Shown: positions 1 to 11,804, counted from the first letter of the whole stretch. The stretch is DNA of 62,716 nucleotides, filler included, from Basidiobolus ranarum (GCA_040143965.1; 16 parts of 16 records of this genome joined end to end with filler, not necessarily neighbours in it), one strand, 5' to 3'. The notes: generated by a model not told the origin, from the sequence alone. A program made the numbers and translations.

Positions 1-345
1 GGTGGCAGTGGTAGTGGTAGTGGTGGAGATGATTATAGTCATGGAGGTGATGATAAAGATTATGAGCCTGGTGGGGGTCAGGGTGGTGACTCTGATGTGG
101 GGGACAATTACAAAACAGTAGCAGGCGGCCATGGCGGAAATGGTGGTGGAGATAGCTACGACACCGGCTCAGGCTCTGGCGGACACGGAGGAAATGGGGG
201 AGATGATAAAGATAATGATCATTCAGGTGAATACAGTGGAGGTGAACACGGTGGAGATGATTATGATGGTGATAATGGACACAGTGGTACTCATTATAGA
301 AAGAGATTTAACAAAAGAAAGACTAATATCAGACTCGCAATATAA
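1..345 (+). CDS. 3' part of a Gly/Asp/His/Tyr-rich protein, paralog of 780-1901 (5' end outside the contig)
   Basis: Frame 1 is open from base 1 (GGSGSGSGGDDYSHGGDDKDYE...) to TAA at 345; bases 1-205 closely match about 1309-1510; contains HYRKR near its end like the downstream gene. Confidence 0.88.
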   Translation, partial: GGSGSGSGGDDYSHGGDDKDYEPGGGQGGDSDVGDNYKTVAGGHGGNGGGDSYDTGSGSGGHGGNGGDDKDNDHSGEYSGGEHGGDDYDGDNGHSGTHYRKRFNKRKTNIRLAI

Positions 346-697
346 GCCTATTATATTTAATATTTATTTAACAACATATTTCAATAAAGTATCAGACAAT
401 TACAAAAATATATAACTTTCTAAAATCAAACTTGATAAACAATATATAACGAACCTTGAACAAAGTCTTGCTGTAGAAATCAAAAAAGATAAATTTACCT
501 CAAGTATAAAAGATTCCAACTAATGTCCCCTAAGGATGATTTTTGCTAGTACTCTGTTCTGCAGGATATTAAGACTATGTACCTGAAGGAAAACCGCTGA
601 TGATTACTTTATGCGCTCCTTAAATGAATGCACACATTAGTATTTTGGGATCATTAATCAAATTACTTTCGACCTTAAAGACGGTACCAAGTGAATG

Positions 698-707
698 TAT
701 ATAAAAA
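698..707 (+). promoter_or_regulatory. TATA box of the Gly-rich gene
   Basis: TATATAAAAA about 80 bp upstream of the ATG at 780. Confidence 0.55.
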
Positions 708-779
708 GGAATTTCTCTCTTTCTACATTATTAAATCATTTTTCTTACAGTTCTTCGATAAACACTCTATAGATTAAAT

Positions 780-1901
780 ATGAAGGCTTCCTTGATTGCT
801 TCTTTGTTGTATCTTGCTACTGTGACAGCTCTACCTACTTATAACATTGCTGATTATAGTGATGTTGGTGCTGGCGGGGGACACGAAATCAAAGACTACA
901 ATAGTGGAAAAGACAATGGTCACTCTGGTAGTAACGAAGCCGATTATCAACATACTAGTACGGGTGGTGGCAGTGCTGGTAGTTATGATGTAGGCAACTA
1001 CGAAAGCCATGCAGGCAGCGGCGGTGGAGGTGATCATGATGAATATCATGAAGTAAGTGACAACCACAGTGGTGGTAGTGATAGCTATGGTTCTGGAGGC
1101 CACGGCAAGGATGAAGATTACGAGGGTGGCGGCAATGGCGGTGGTGGTGAGGATAGCTATGGATCGGAGGAACACGGAGGAGGTGACGATCATAGTTACG
1201 ATTCAGGAGAACATGGTGGTGATGAGGATGATTATGACAACGGTGGTAGTGGCGGTAATGGTGGTGATGCCAGTGAGAGCTATGGCTCGACTAAGCATGA
1301 GGAAAGTGGTGGTGGTAGTGGTAGTGGTGGAGATGATTATAGTCATGGAGGTGATGATAAAGATTATGAGGGTGGTGGTGGTCATGGTGGTGACTCTGAT
1401 GTTGGGGACAATTATAAATCAGGAGGAGGCGGCCATGGCGGAAATGGTGAAGGTGATAGCTATGACACCGGCTCAGGCTCTGGTGGGCACGGAGGAAATG
1501 GTGGAGGTGATAGCTACGGCACCGGTTCAGGCTCTGGTGGACATGGTGAAGATTATGACGGCAGTGACGATAGCACCGAACAAAGCTACACTACTGGGGA
1601 ACATGGAGGTAGCAGTGGCGGTAGCAGTGGCGGTAGTGGTGGGGAAGATGGTTACCTTGCTGGAGGTCACGATGACTATAAAAACAAGGAGTATTCTGAT
1701 AACGGTAATGGAGGCGGCAACGGCAATGAATACAATAAAGCGGGTGATAGCTACGGTGACAGTCATGAAGGAGAGTACTCAGTTAATGGAAATGGTAGTG
1801 GCGAAGCACATAAATCTAAAGCTAGTACGCACAAGTGTAAGCATAACAAGAATGGTAAAGGAAATGGCAATTCCCATTATAGAAAGAGGCTAATTGTTTA
1901 A
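780..1901 (+). CDS. Secreted glycine-rich low-complexity protein (373 aa), intronless
   Basis: Signal-peptide-like MKASLIASLLYLATVTA-LP; repeated GGHGG and DSY[DG]xGSGSGG motifs; basic C-terminus; AATAAA downstream near 1945. Confidence 0.9.
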   Translation: MKASLIASLLYLATVTALPTYNIADYSDVGAGGGHEIKDYNSGKDNGHSGSNEADYQHTSTGGGSAGSYDVGNYESHAGSGGGGDHDEYHEVSDNHSGGSDSYGSGGHGKDEDYEGGGNGGGGEDSYGSEEHGGGDDHSYDSGEHGGDEDDYDNGGSGGNGGDASESYGSTKHEESGGGSGSGGDDYSHGGDDKDYEGGGGHGGDSDVGDNYKSGGGGHGGNGEGDSYDTGSGSGGHGGNGGGDSYGTGSGSGGHGEDYDGSDDSTEQSYTTGEHGGSSGGSSGGSGGEDGYLAGGHDDYKNKEYSDNGNGGGNGNEYNKAGDSYGDSHEGEYSVNGNGSGEAHKSKASTHKCKHNKNGKGNGNSHYRKRLIV

Positions 1902-2511
1902 ATGATCTCGTGTGTATAAGAGAGCAAGGCAAATATAACATTTAAATAAAATACGTGACTTCCAAATATTGACTGGATCATTGTAATTGCAGTGGTTTAT
2001 ATATTGTAGAAATGGAATGTTGTGAGAACTGTAAGGGAATCTTCAATACGACCACGAAGGTCCAGAAAGAATCCCCAACTTGTCCCACTGTTAATCTAAT
2101 CCTCGACGACAATCTTGAATCCGTTTGATGACGGTAACCACAAGTAATAATCGAGGAAACGATGCTAAAGTTCCACAAACGCAACTCGAATTAATTTATT
2201 AGATTATTATTATTATGGGATTTTTAAAATATTTCACCAGAGCAAAAATAATTGATTTTATAGTATTTCCATTCAGTATAGATGAAAGTGGGGTCAATGT
2301 GTAAATTGAAAAATTTATTCTATTTCGTCGAAAAGTTAGTAACCAAAAAATTATACACCAGTGTGTTTTATTTGGTTCAAAGTTGTCTTCGAAAGTATTT
2401 CATTTCGGTGGGTAGAATTTATTAAATGACCTATTGAACATTAAAAGAGGAAGGAATTAACATTCGTTTACCAACTGCGTATTTTTTTATATGTGCTACA
2501 TAGTTAGAATC

Positions 2512-3403
2512 ATGTTTCAACCTGGACGTATTTTCGCCGCTCGCGGAATCCAAGCAGTTGCTGGTGTGACAAGATTTCAAGGTAAGGTTTAGCAACCTAT
2601 CCCTTTCAACTTTCCATTCGATTTTCTCTTACGAACTATATTTCAGGTGCTCGCAGCATTCATTGCACCGCTTCGGTATTCTCTAAGAAGAGTAAGAAAG
2701 CCAAAATCTTGGCTGAAAAAGAAGCTGAACGTCAAGAAGCTGAATTTCAAGGAGCCAAACAAAAGGCTGAGCAAAATAGTGAATTTTTACAGAGTTTGTT
2801 AAGTGCACCCAACCTTATCCCTAAGAAAGATTCTTTATGGAAAGCCCCTACATCTTCTCAATATCAACATTTCCTTTCTGATGATGAAGCCAAGTTCCTT
2901 TTCGAAACTACAGCCGAGGCAATCACTGCCAACTCTTCTACCCAATTCCGAGTTGATGAAGAGAAGGTTAAAGAGCAAACCGAAATGCTCCGTCGTTTAG
3001 TTAGTCTTGAAAATTCCAACCAAAAGGGAATTATGTTACATAATGTTCGTAAAGCTGTCAATTCATTCGGCAGATGTGAAGGTGACACAGGAAGCCCCGA
3101 AGTTCAAGGTGAGCAAATGATTGTAAATTGAGTTTTTTGTTAGCTTACTTAAATTTACGTGTATTAGCTGCCATATGGACTGTCCGTATCCGTAATTTAG
3201 AGCGCCATATGCTCGATCATCATAAAGATGTTCACAATAGACGCGCTTTAGTTCATTTGCTTCACAAGCGTGCCAAGATGCTTCGCTACCTGAAGAGACA
3301 ATCTCTTGAGCGCTATTATGTTTGTCTGAAGCAGTTGGGACTTACCAAGGATATGGTTGAAGGAGAAATCCCCTTACCTTACAAGAAGAAAAACAAGAAT
3401 TAA
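2512..3403 (+). CDS. MRPS28: Mitochondrial ribosomal protein S15 (uS15m, yeast Mrps28 family); exons 2512-2581, 2647-3108, 3168-3403
   Basis: Spliced frame gives GDTGSPEVQAAIWTVRI...HHKDVHNRRALVHLLHKRAKMLRYLKR (S15 signature); Arg-rich presequence-like N-terminus; two frame-preserving GT-AG introns. Confidence 0.92.
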
Positions 3404-3836
3404 GCCACCCATTTGTCAAAACACACCTAAATTTTTGCATGCCTTCTATTCATTTTCTTTATACACCATTTGTCCCTGATCCCTTTTTCTCATTGAATTT
3501 GGAATGTAGACTTTCCTCTAAATGATAAACATAAAACTAAACATATCAGCACGTGAGCGTTATCTCTTGGGGTTTATACTGTATATACGGGAATTATATA
3601 ATACGAAATCAATTGAAAAGAATATTTTAGACAAATGATTTGTTTGGAGATGGAAAAATTTCCCAAAAAAAAATGATTTCGGGATAGAATAGAGGGGAAT
3701 TTTTCGTGGTCGGATTGGGCGGGTGGGCATTGGTAAGAATAAAAAGTAATGGACGGTCGTCTGGTTATTCCTCCTTTTCTGCTTAATCTTTGACTTGGAC
3801 TTTCATCCACCAAAGGTGCAACTAGTTAGCTTTTAA

Positions 3837-3936
3837 NNNNNNNNNNNNNNNNNNNNNNNNNNNNNNNNNNNNNNNNNNNNTTAATTAATTAANNNNNNNN
3901 NNNNNNNNNNNNNNNNNNNNNNNNNNNNNNNNNNNN
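3837..3936. other. Artificial contig spacer N44-TTAATTAATTAA-N44 (first of 15; the others start at 7772, 11705, 15636, 19566, 23495, 27423, 31350, 35274, 39197, 43119, 47040, 50961, 54882, 58800)
   Basis: Identical 100-bp linker with stops in all six frames; contig lengths between linkers never increase along the window. Confidence 0.98.
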
Positions 3937-4330
3937 CTTCTGTTTTGACCACATTTCCAGATTTAGTGTTTTTGTCTTTTGCAATTCTTTTAAAACAATC
4001 TTTGCTTAAATAGCCAGGTCTTTCACAGTACTGACAAATGCTTTACTTTTGTTCATAAAGTGCTTTTGACCTCTATAGGGAGGGTTACCATAGCTTATTA
4101 AATTATCTTCTTCACTCTTTTGATTAGATTCTAATTTGCTTACACTTCAACCATAAGTCTTCCAAATACATTTTTTAGGGTCAATTTTTCAGTTTATGAT
4201 TCAAGAGCTATTACCAGGCTCTAAAGCTTGTGTAGCATGCTATTCAGAACTGTAACTGTGAAATCTCAATCAGTAGTAGTTACTCCTATCCCTTCTATTT
4301 TATCCACTAAAATATTGACTCTATTAACTA
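3937..4330 (-). mobile_element. Degenerate Ty1/copia gag fragment
   Basis: Minus-strand translation VDKIEGIGVTTTD*DFTVTVLNSM...SLVIALES*TEKLTL (UBN2-like gag) followed by a decayed zinc knuckle CQYCERPG. Confidence 0.7.
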
Positions 4331-5099
4331 GTAATTTAATGTCCCCTTTAATATAGAGTTCAAATGTTGGGGTGTTGGGGACTACAAGGACCAATACAAT
4401 GGGAGATGATGTATAGATGATCAGGTGACCTTCCATTGAAGGTCTTAGTGGAGTTATACTATTTGTGGGATGATATGATTGGTTATGTTTCCTGGAATGT
4501 TCCAAAGAACATGACTTGCATATAAGATAACCTGGATGAACTAGCACTAGATTGCCAAGAAAGGATGGAACCATAGGTATGATATCATATTCTAATAATA
4601 GAAGAATTCCATTTGCAGTGCATGAGTATATCAAGATCTGAATCATGACTGCAGACAGGTGGAGCTGATCCAGATCAAATTGATTTTATTTTTCAGGCAA
4701 TGTTCAGAGATCATGCACCCTTCTGATACATTCTGAGACTTCTCTAGGGTTGATATTTGTGGTGACAAAGTGCTCCAAGTGCAATCATCACAGCTAGCAT
4801 TTATTAATATATTGAAAATCAATAACAACACTGGTGCTGGACACAAGTCAATAGTTGAAGCAACACATTGAGTAATATCAATAATCCAACACAGGATTTG
4901 TATTAGTTTCCTTGCAAGCTTTTACACTGTTAGTACAAAATATCTGCAATAAAACCACATCTGAGGATAGTTAGTAAGTATACATCAAATGGATCTATAT
5001 CATTATTATCATAATCCAATGGCATTGTTAGGAATGCTATTAGAGAGATATGTTGCTGAGGCAAAGAAGAACTGTGGTACTTTTGTTTTAATTATGGCC

Positions 5100-6900
5100 T
5101 AAAATTTTAGTTGTAATGCTTCTACTTATGGTAGCACATATATGGATTGTAAGTCAAACATACTTTGGCAAAATAAGACACACAAACTTGCTCAAATTCA
5201 ATAGCTCAATCTTACTGTCAGAGGTAGCAAATATCAGCCATTTGCCAAGTGTCAGTGCTATTTTGAACTTTTGATGCTAAGCAATGTTTCCACAAATGGT
5301 TGGTTGCAAAGCATAACAATATTGTAGAAATAAGTCTAATTAGTCAGGTATGTGCATATGTAGAGACCAAGCATAACAAAATGCATTAGTAAAGGCAATC
5401 AAGTTGATCTGTGTTCATAAAGTGGTCAGGCAAACAAAATGCAGCTAAAAAGGTATTTTTGCAGAATTTTTAAATGGGAAGAAAGCATTGCAGAGATTCT
5501 CAGGATAAATACCAAACTCCAAAATTGTATCATTGTGCACTTATTTGGATAACAATTTTTTCAGTGATATTATACTACCATGTAATCAATGTAAGTTCCA
5601 ACCATGGATCTTGTACAGGATTAAGATTGTATTGACAAAGGGCATTGACCAGAGCCAGAGATATGTTTGGGACTCTATGCACTATCTATTTGCTGCATTT
5701 CATTATTTCCCACACATCTGTATATTAGAAAGTTCAAGCTGGGATGCTTTATATTGGTATTCTGTGTTAAAATTAGCATTGGCTAAGCACCTACATAGTC
5801 ATATATAACTTAGTTTCTAGGTACTCCATATTCAACTAAGATATCTTCTATTATTCTCCATTGGAATATGTTTAGAATATTTTCACCACTTAAAAGCTCT
5901 GAGATATATAGATTTTTGAAACTTGTACTAGAAGCACCAAGATTTGCACACACATTTCTGAGACCTTTCTCAGCATATTCCACATGTTAGTTTGCTTGCA
6001 TCTGGACAAAAGTATGTGTGTCAACTCTCAACTCAATGAATCAGTTAGTGAAAACCACTAATTTCTCTAATTCCCTAAACTACTTCCACAGGCTCCCAAA
6101 TACTGCAACATTCTGCACATACCAAACTGCATGTTTTGCAATGGATGTGGATCATGGGCCCATTCTGAAAGTTCTCTAAAATATACTTGTGACATAATGA
6201 TGGTCCTAATGATATCTTCAGTGTCTCATATGCTATTTCATTAATGATGCAACAACAAATCAGTGATGGATATCTTGCAAAGGTCTAAGGAAACCCTATA
6301 CAGCAGCAACCACTCAATATATGGCTAGTAGTAGTGGGCTATTTTATGTGTTGGTTAAGCAAAAAAATAATAATGCAAAGAAATCCTATTACAGCTGGTA
6401 GGTACCTCATTTTGAAGCAGGGTTGCAAGAGATAATTCTTATAGAATGATCAAGATAGACAGTATTAATGTTTCTTTTATAGCAAAATACACTGAAGCAG
6501 TTATCCATCCTCTTGCAGCAGGCTATTTGTTGATTGTGAGTCTGATATATTTTGGCTGAATACTTGATAAAAATTTGACATAATTGAGGTGCTTGTTCAG
6601 ATCATCAGTGATGATGATAATATGAATCAGCTACTTGCCAAATAACAGTATCATTCTAAATTTCAGATTTTCAACAACTTGTTAAGTATTAGTTTGCTGC
6701 AGAGAATATTGCTATTATTGAGCTGTCTATAAAGAATCAATTATGTGCATACATTGAGATCAAACACCAGAAGATGCTACTGTTTCTTAATTCTCTTAAT
6801 GGCAGGAATATATGGCCAAAAGGCAATGATGTGGTTTATTTAAATTTATTATGCAGCTGACCAAGTACAATTCCTGCTGAAAAAGGAATTTTTGATCAAT
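5100..6900 (+). mobile_element. Decayed fragments of the CACTA-like transposase 3' region, interrupted by a solo LTR
   Basis: Segments 5230-5400 and 6630-6790 resemble the reverse complement of 28040-28220 and resemble 19430-19565. Confidence 0.5.
5765..6110 (+). mobile_element. Solo LTR (family 1) with perfect 5-bp target-site duplication TTCTG
   Basis: TGTT...AACA termini, colinear with the LTR at 26664; TTCTG at both 5760-5764 and 6111-6115. Confidence 0.88.
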
Positions 6901-7258
6901 TTGCATGATATTGAAGGATGCTCAATACTTTGACATGACTAAGTACCATTAGTTTGCCATATTTAGACTGTCACTAACTCTGACAAAATACAAGCAGGCC
7001 AATTAGTAATGGTTCTCAGATGTGATCTCTCCCAGTAATGGTTCATCCAAAACAGATTGACTTGATTGTATTTTGTCAAGATGTTGAGTGGAGTTTGCAC
7101 AAGTATTACTAAGCATTGTCATTTATTTTATTGGCAAATAGAAAAGATACATATATATGTATATATCTTTCTGAGAATGTGCCATCTTAGAATGCTTCTA
7201 TGTTGATAAGTAATTTTGTATTTTCTATGTAGACTTCATTACATAACTACACAGAATT

Positions 7259-7331
7259 GCACCTGTAACTCAGTGGAAAGAGTGTTTCTTTCAAGATGAG
7301 AGAATTGTGGGTTCAACCTCCTCCTTGGTTG
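7259..7331 (+). pseudogene. Degenerate tRNA-like sequence (tRNA pseudogene or SINE head)
   Basis: A-box-like TAACTCAGTGG and B-box-like GGTTCAACC at tRNA spacing; stems are broken and the anticodon cannot be assigned. Confidence 0.5.
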
Positions 7332-7871
7332 TTTTGCATGGGAAAAGTTGCAAATTTGGAAGCTAAACACCTTTATTGCTACTTGACATTGGGATGTGAT
7401 AGTAAATTGCTCAAAACATTCAAACCCTACTCAAGCTCTCCATATGTCTGGAAGTTCAAAACTTGGCGCCAGATCTCAGCTAAGCAAATTTGATGACATC
7501 TTAAAATGTTATGTGGCATTACATTACTCCAAACAATCCGACCTCCCTCACGTTCTCAAAATATCTGAATGTCTGAGGGCACCAATCACCTTTTGTAATT
7601 CAGATGGTTTTCCCACCTCGATATAGTTATCCCGATACTCCCACTGACAGATTATCCCGCTCTACTTCAATAGTTTTCGCGGAATACCAGCTATTTCCAA
7701 GTTCGATTAGCTTTTCACTCCTTACCACAATTCATCGGTATCTATTGCCACAGATTACCGTGCAGTCCTAGNNNNNNNNNNNNNNNNNNNNNNNNNNNNN
7801 NNNNNNNNNNNNNNNTTAATTAATTAANNNNNNNNNNNNNNNNNNNNNNNNNNNNNNNNNNNNNNNNNNNN

Positions 7872-8935
7872 AATTGGGCTAGTATAGGCCTATTCATGAT
7901 ACATCTTTAAAATGAATGCAAATATTGACTTGGAAAAGAAAGAAAAGCAGCTAAAGAAGTACTGAAGGAGCAGGAAGTTAATAATCCCAAGGGAAAAGCA
8001 AAGGAGCCAGTGAGTATAGGCCCTACTGTCCCACTTACCAAATTCTTCACACCATTACAAAGATCTGCAATTCTGGAGTCAGATATACTGGCAAAAAAGC
8101 TTAATTGCACCATGGAACCAGGTACACCAGTTGGAAGAGTGCTAGATTTGGAAGTTTATCCAACACCTGGCATCTGTCAACAAGCCAAAACACCACCAAA
8201 CAAAGCTCATGGCTCTCCAACCTCAACTGGTACTTTTAAAAGTGTTGAAATTGGCCCCAAAGTTAAAGGCATGCACAAAGCCTCAGAAACACCACAAAGA
8301 ACCCTCAGTAGTGTCACACTACAAGGAGATACAAAAATAGTCAAAGTGCTTGAGGAGTATTCTCAGAAGTATAAAGGGAAAAATGCAGTGCAAGTATGCA
8401 GAAAGTGGCTGCAGAAGAAGAACATTCAACTTGACATTCTGTCTGGTATTGACCATGCAGATATTGGGGAAGAACTTAATACAGAGTGGCACAATATTGC
8501 AGGGTATCCGCCAGATTGCTGGAAGAATGTTTATTTTGCAATGTTAATATAATGATGGGCTTTGATGGAGATATTGATACAAACTCATGTTAGGTATGAG
8601 CTAAACCTTGGGTATGAAGAACTCTATAAAAATATTCAGGAGAATATATCAAAGAGACTTGGGATTTTGAAGGTGACAAGTTAGCATTCAAGTGGCAATT
8701 GTGAAAAATTTGAGTTACGTTTTTTGCACATGTGTTGATCCATAGTTCTGCAAGATTATAGCCAATCATGTGCAACTATTTTGCAAGATCTTGAAATTTC
8801 ACTCCTGAAGCTGAAAAAATTGATTAAAATCAAATCTAACTTGATGATTGTATGATGGTAAGGCAACAGTCAATCCCAAATGGATTAAAATTGTGATGGC
8901 TTTCCTACAATAACAATCCCTAAATTCTTTTAGGG
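7872..8935 (+). mobile_element. CACTA-like element: second ORF remnant (8010-8552) and terminal region
   Basis: Sequence recurs inverted at 9950-11100, 19175, 23065, 27009 and 47140; ends in ...TTCTTTTAGGG, matching the CCCT-starting end of the other copies. Confidence 0.7.
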
Positions 8936-8939
8936 TACC

Positions 8940-9345
8940 ATATATGAAGATAATCAAAGCTGTATCCATTTAACTAAAAATCCCATTGTTTTGGAATAGA
9001 GGCAAATATACAGATATTAGATTATACTTTATTAGTGAGAATATTGAGAATCAGTTTATGGAATCAACTAACTGCACTATAAAAGGCATGATTACTGATA
9101 AATTAGCCAAACGATTTGCTAGACAGAAGTTTGAGAAACTTGGAATTTTACAGGATTAGCTTATATGACCATTTAGTTGAGAGAGAGTGTTGAAATTAGC
9201 AATACCTAAGCAGCTATGTAGTCATGTATAGCTTAGTATTCTGTCATCTTATACTTAACTATGATGTTACCAATTATTCTCAGTTGTAATAAACTCAAAA
9301 TACTTTTACCAACTTGGAGTTCTCATGTGTATGCATATTTCAACT
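8940..9345 (+). mobile_element. Copia RNase H tail, polypurine tract and start of a family-1 LTR (9188)
   Basis: IYEDNQSCI-like translation; TTAGTTGAGAGAGAG immediately before TGTTGAAATTAGC. Confidence 0.75.
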
Positions 9346-9949
9346 TGGGCTGGAAGCCTCAAACCTCAAACATATGTTCCCAGGGCCCCTAACAAAAATG
9401 AAATCAATTTGATCTGGATTGATCCACCCTCCAAAAGAACAAAACCATCAGAGAACCATCACAATATTGGTGGCTTGCATTCTGCCAGGGATTTTGATAG
9501 TGTGAAGGTGGTTTCTTGATGATATTTTAATGGTATTCATAAATGTTACAATTGTTGAAGTTTATTGTCTTTATCATATTTGTTATCTCTATCTTTATAC
9601 ACCTAACTATTTCATATATCCCATATAAGTTAGTTAACATTACTTAGTCAAATATCACTTAACTTAAAATTGGAACATATATTATATATATATGTGAATA
9701 ATGTGAGAATTAGCAATTCCATATTGGAAATTTCAAACTTGTCCAAATTGCCCCAAAGATAGCTCATTTTACTCTCACAGATGTTCTGAACACAACCGCA
9801 GTGTTAGTTTTCTGAACTTTCATCACAATCTATAAATGCGTTATTTCTAGACAATAAACAATTATCTCACAAAGCTATTCACAACTCCATTTTTCTAAAG
9901 TTCCTCCAAACAGCCCATATTTTCCCAATACTCTATGCATATTTGCACT

Positions 9950-11100
9950 AATTTCCCCTTCACACTTTTGAAAATACTCCTCAAGCACTTCAACTATTTT
10001 GATATATCCTGGTAGTATGACACTAACAAGGGTAACTTGTGGTATTTGTGCTGCTTTTTACTTGCCTTTGGGTTTGGGGCTAATATCAGCACTTTGAAAA
10101 GTACCACTTGAGGTTGGAGAGCAGTGAGTTACATTTGCTGGTGTTTTGGCTTGTTGAGAGGTGCCAGGTGTTGGAAAAACTTCTAAATTTAGCATTCATC
10201 CAACTGGCACACTTAGTTGGATGGTAAAATTTAGCCTTTTTACCATTATACATTTTGGTATACCTGACTCTGGCAACACAGATCTTTGTAGTGATGTGAA
10301 GAATTTGGTAAGTGCAACAGTAGAGCCTATACTCATTGGCTCCTTTGCTTTTCCCTTGGCTTTACTAACTTCCTGCTCCTTAAGTATATGTTTAGCTGCT
10401 TTTCTTTCCCTCTAACAGAAATTTGAGAATTGTTATTGTCAGAAAACCCTCACAATTTTAATCCATTTGGGATTGACTGTTTACGTACTGTCATAAAATT
10501 GTCAAGTTCAATTTGATTTTAGTCAATTTTTTCAGTTTCAGGAGTAAAATTTCAAGATCTTGCAAAATAGTTGCACATGATTAACTACAACCTCAGAGAA
10601 CTATGGATCAACTCATGTGCAAAAAACATAAGTCAAACTTTAAACATTAACCACTTGAAAGCTTATTTGTCACTTTTTAAATCCCTAGTTTCTTTGATAT
10701 ATTCTCCTGATTATTTTTATGGAGTTCTTCAAACCCAAGGTTTTGCTCATACCTAGCACAAGTTTCTATCACTATCTCCATTGAAGCCCATCATTGTATT
10801 AACATTGTTGCATCAACATTCATCCAGCTATCTGGCAGATACCCTGCAATATTGTGCTACTCTGTATTAAGTTCTTCCCAGATATCTGCACAGTCAACAC
10901 CAGACTGAATGTCAAGTTGAATATTCTTCTTCTGAAGCCACTTTCTGCATACTTGCACTGCGTTTTTCCCATCATACTTTGGAAAATACTCCTCAAGCAC
11001 TTTGATCACTTTTATATGTCCTTGTATGTGACACTACTGAGGGTGCTTTGTGGTGTTTGTATGGCGTTTTGCGTGCCTTTAAGCTTGGGGCTACTTTCAA
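9950..11100 (-). mobile_element. Two further partial copies of the CACTA-like second ORF and terminus
   Basis: Reverse-complement similarity to about 7930-8390 and 8270-8935. Confidence 0.75.
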
Positions 11101-11109
11101 CATTTGGTG

Positions 11110-11704
11110 TACTTATTACTGTTATTATACACCAGGCTTTGTGCAGCTGGTGCTTTGTACAGTGACATGCTTGTGATCATTTTTTTATGAAGCCTCTGGC
11201 TTTCATAGCACCAGAATTTGCAACAATAATAGCAGGGCTTCTTTAAACATTGGTGTTGTGGCATGAGAAGGATATTGTGAAAAAAAAACCACCTCCAAAG
11301 AAAGGGTAGTGTTTTAGATATAGCCCATCAATATCATCAGCTAATTCTGAAACAGTCTCACAGATGAGTCATCAGGGGATTTACAAGATATTTCTGGTAA
11401 TGGATGGAAATTTTGGTTTGTGATAAGCTGTATCTAAGCAATTTCATTACACCAAGTTTGCCATCTGAAAATTTCAATGCGATTCAAAAAGCATTTAAAA
11501 TCCAAGTGAAAATCAGCTTCCAAGCCAAATCTGCTGGCACAAAAGGAAAAAAACCAGCAAGAACAGAGGACTTAATGGATGAGCAGTCTAGCAATCCACT
11601 ATCCACTTTGGAATGCATTAACATGCCAGAAACTAACTCAGGTAATGAAGAAGGATTAATCAATTTACCAGATGTGAACCTTTGCAGCAATGGTGCAAGT
11701 GAAG
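11110..11704 (+). mobile_element. Central region of the CACTA-like element
   Basis: Colinear with 30515-31050 and partly with the reverse complement of 47715-47940. Confidence 0.75.
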
Positions 11705-11804
11705 NNNNNNNNNNNNNNNNNNNNNNNNNNNNNNNNNNNNNNNNNNNNTTAATTAATTAANNNNNNNNNNNNNNNNNNNNNNNNNNNNNNNNNNNNNNNN
11801 NNNN

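Noticed and set aside
831..1893. Val/Met-rich and Thr-rich ORFs overlapping the Gly-rich genes (1057-1893, 831-1193, 1203-1385, 1527-1766; also 131-415)
   Set aside because: Shadow frames produced by GGT/GAT codon repetition.
3881..3892. Regularly spaced TTAATTAATTAA as a biological repeat or CRISPR-like array
   Set aside because: Assembly linker embedded in N runs; ORFs ending in X...LIN are artefacts of it.
4480..4700. SHDSDL motif suggesting a PIN/XPG nuclease or Fanzor-associated ORF
   Set aside because: A single short motif in a stop-riddled frame with no other nuclease or RuvC motifs; it is a repeat (also near 50790-50960) that I cannot assign.
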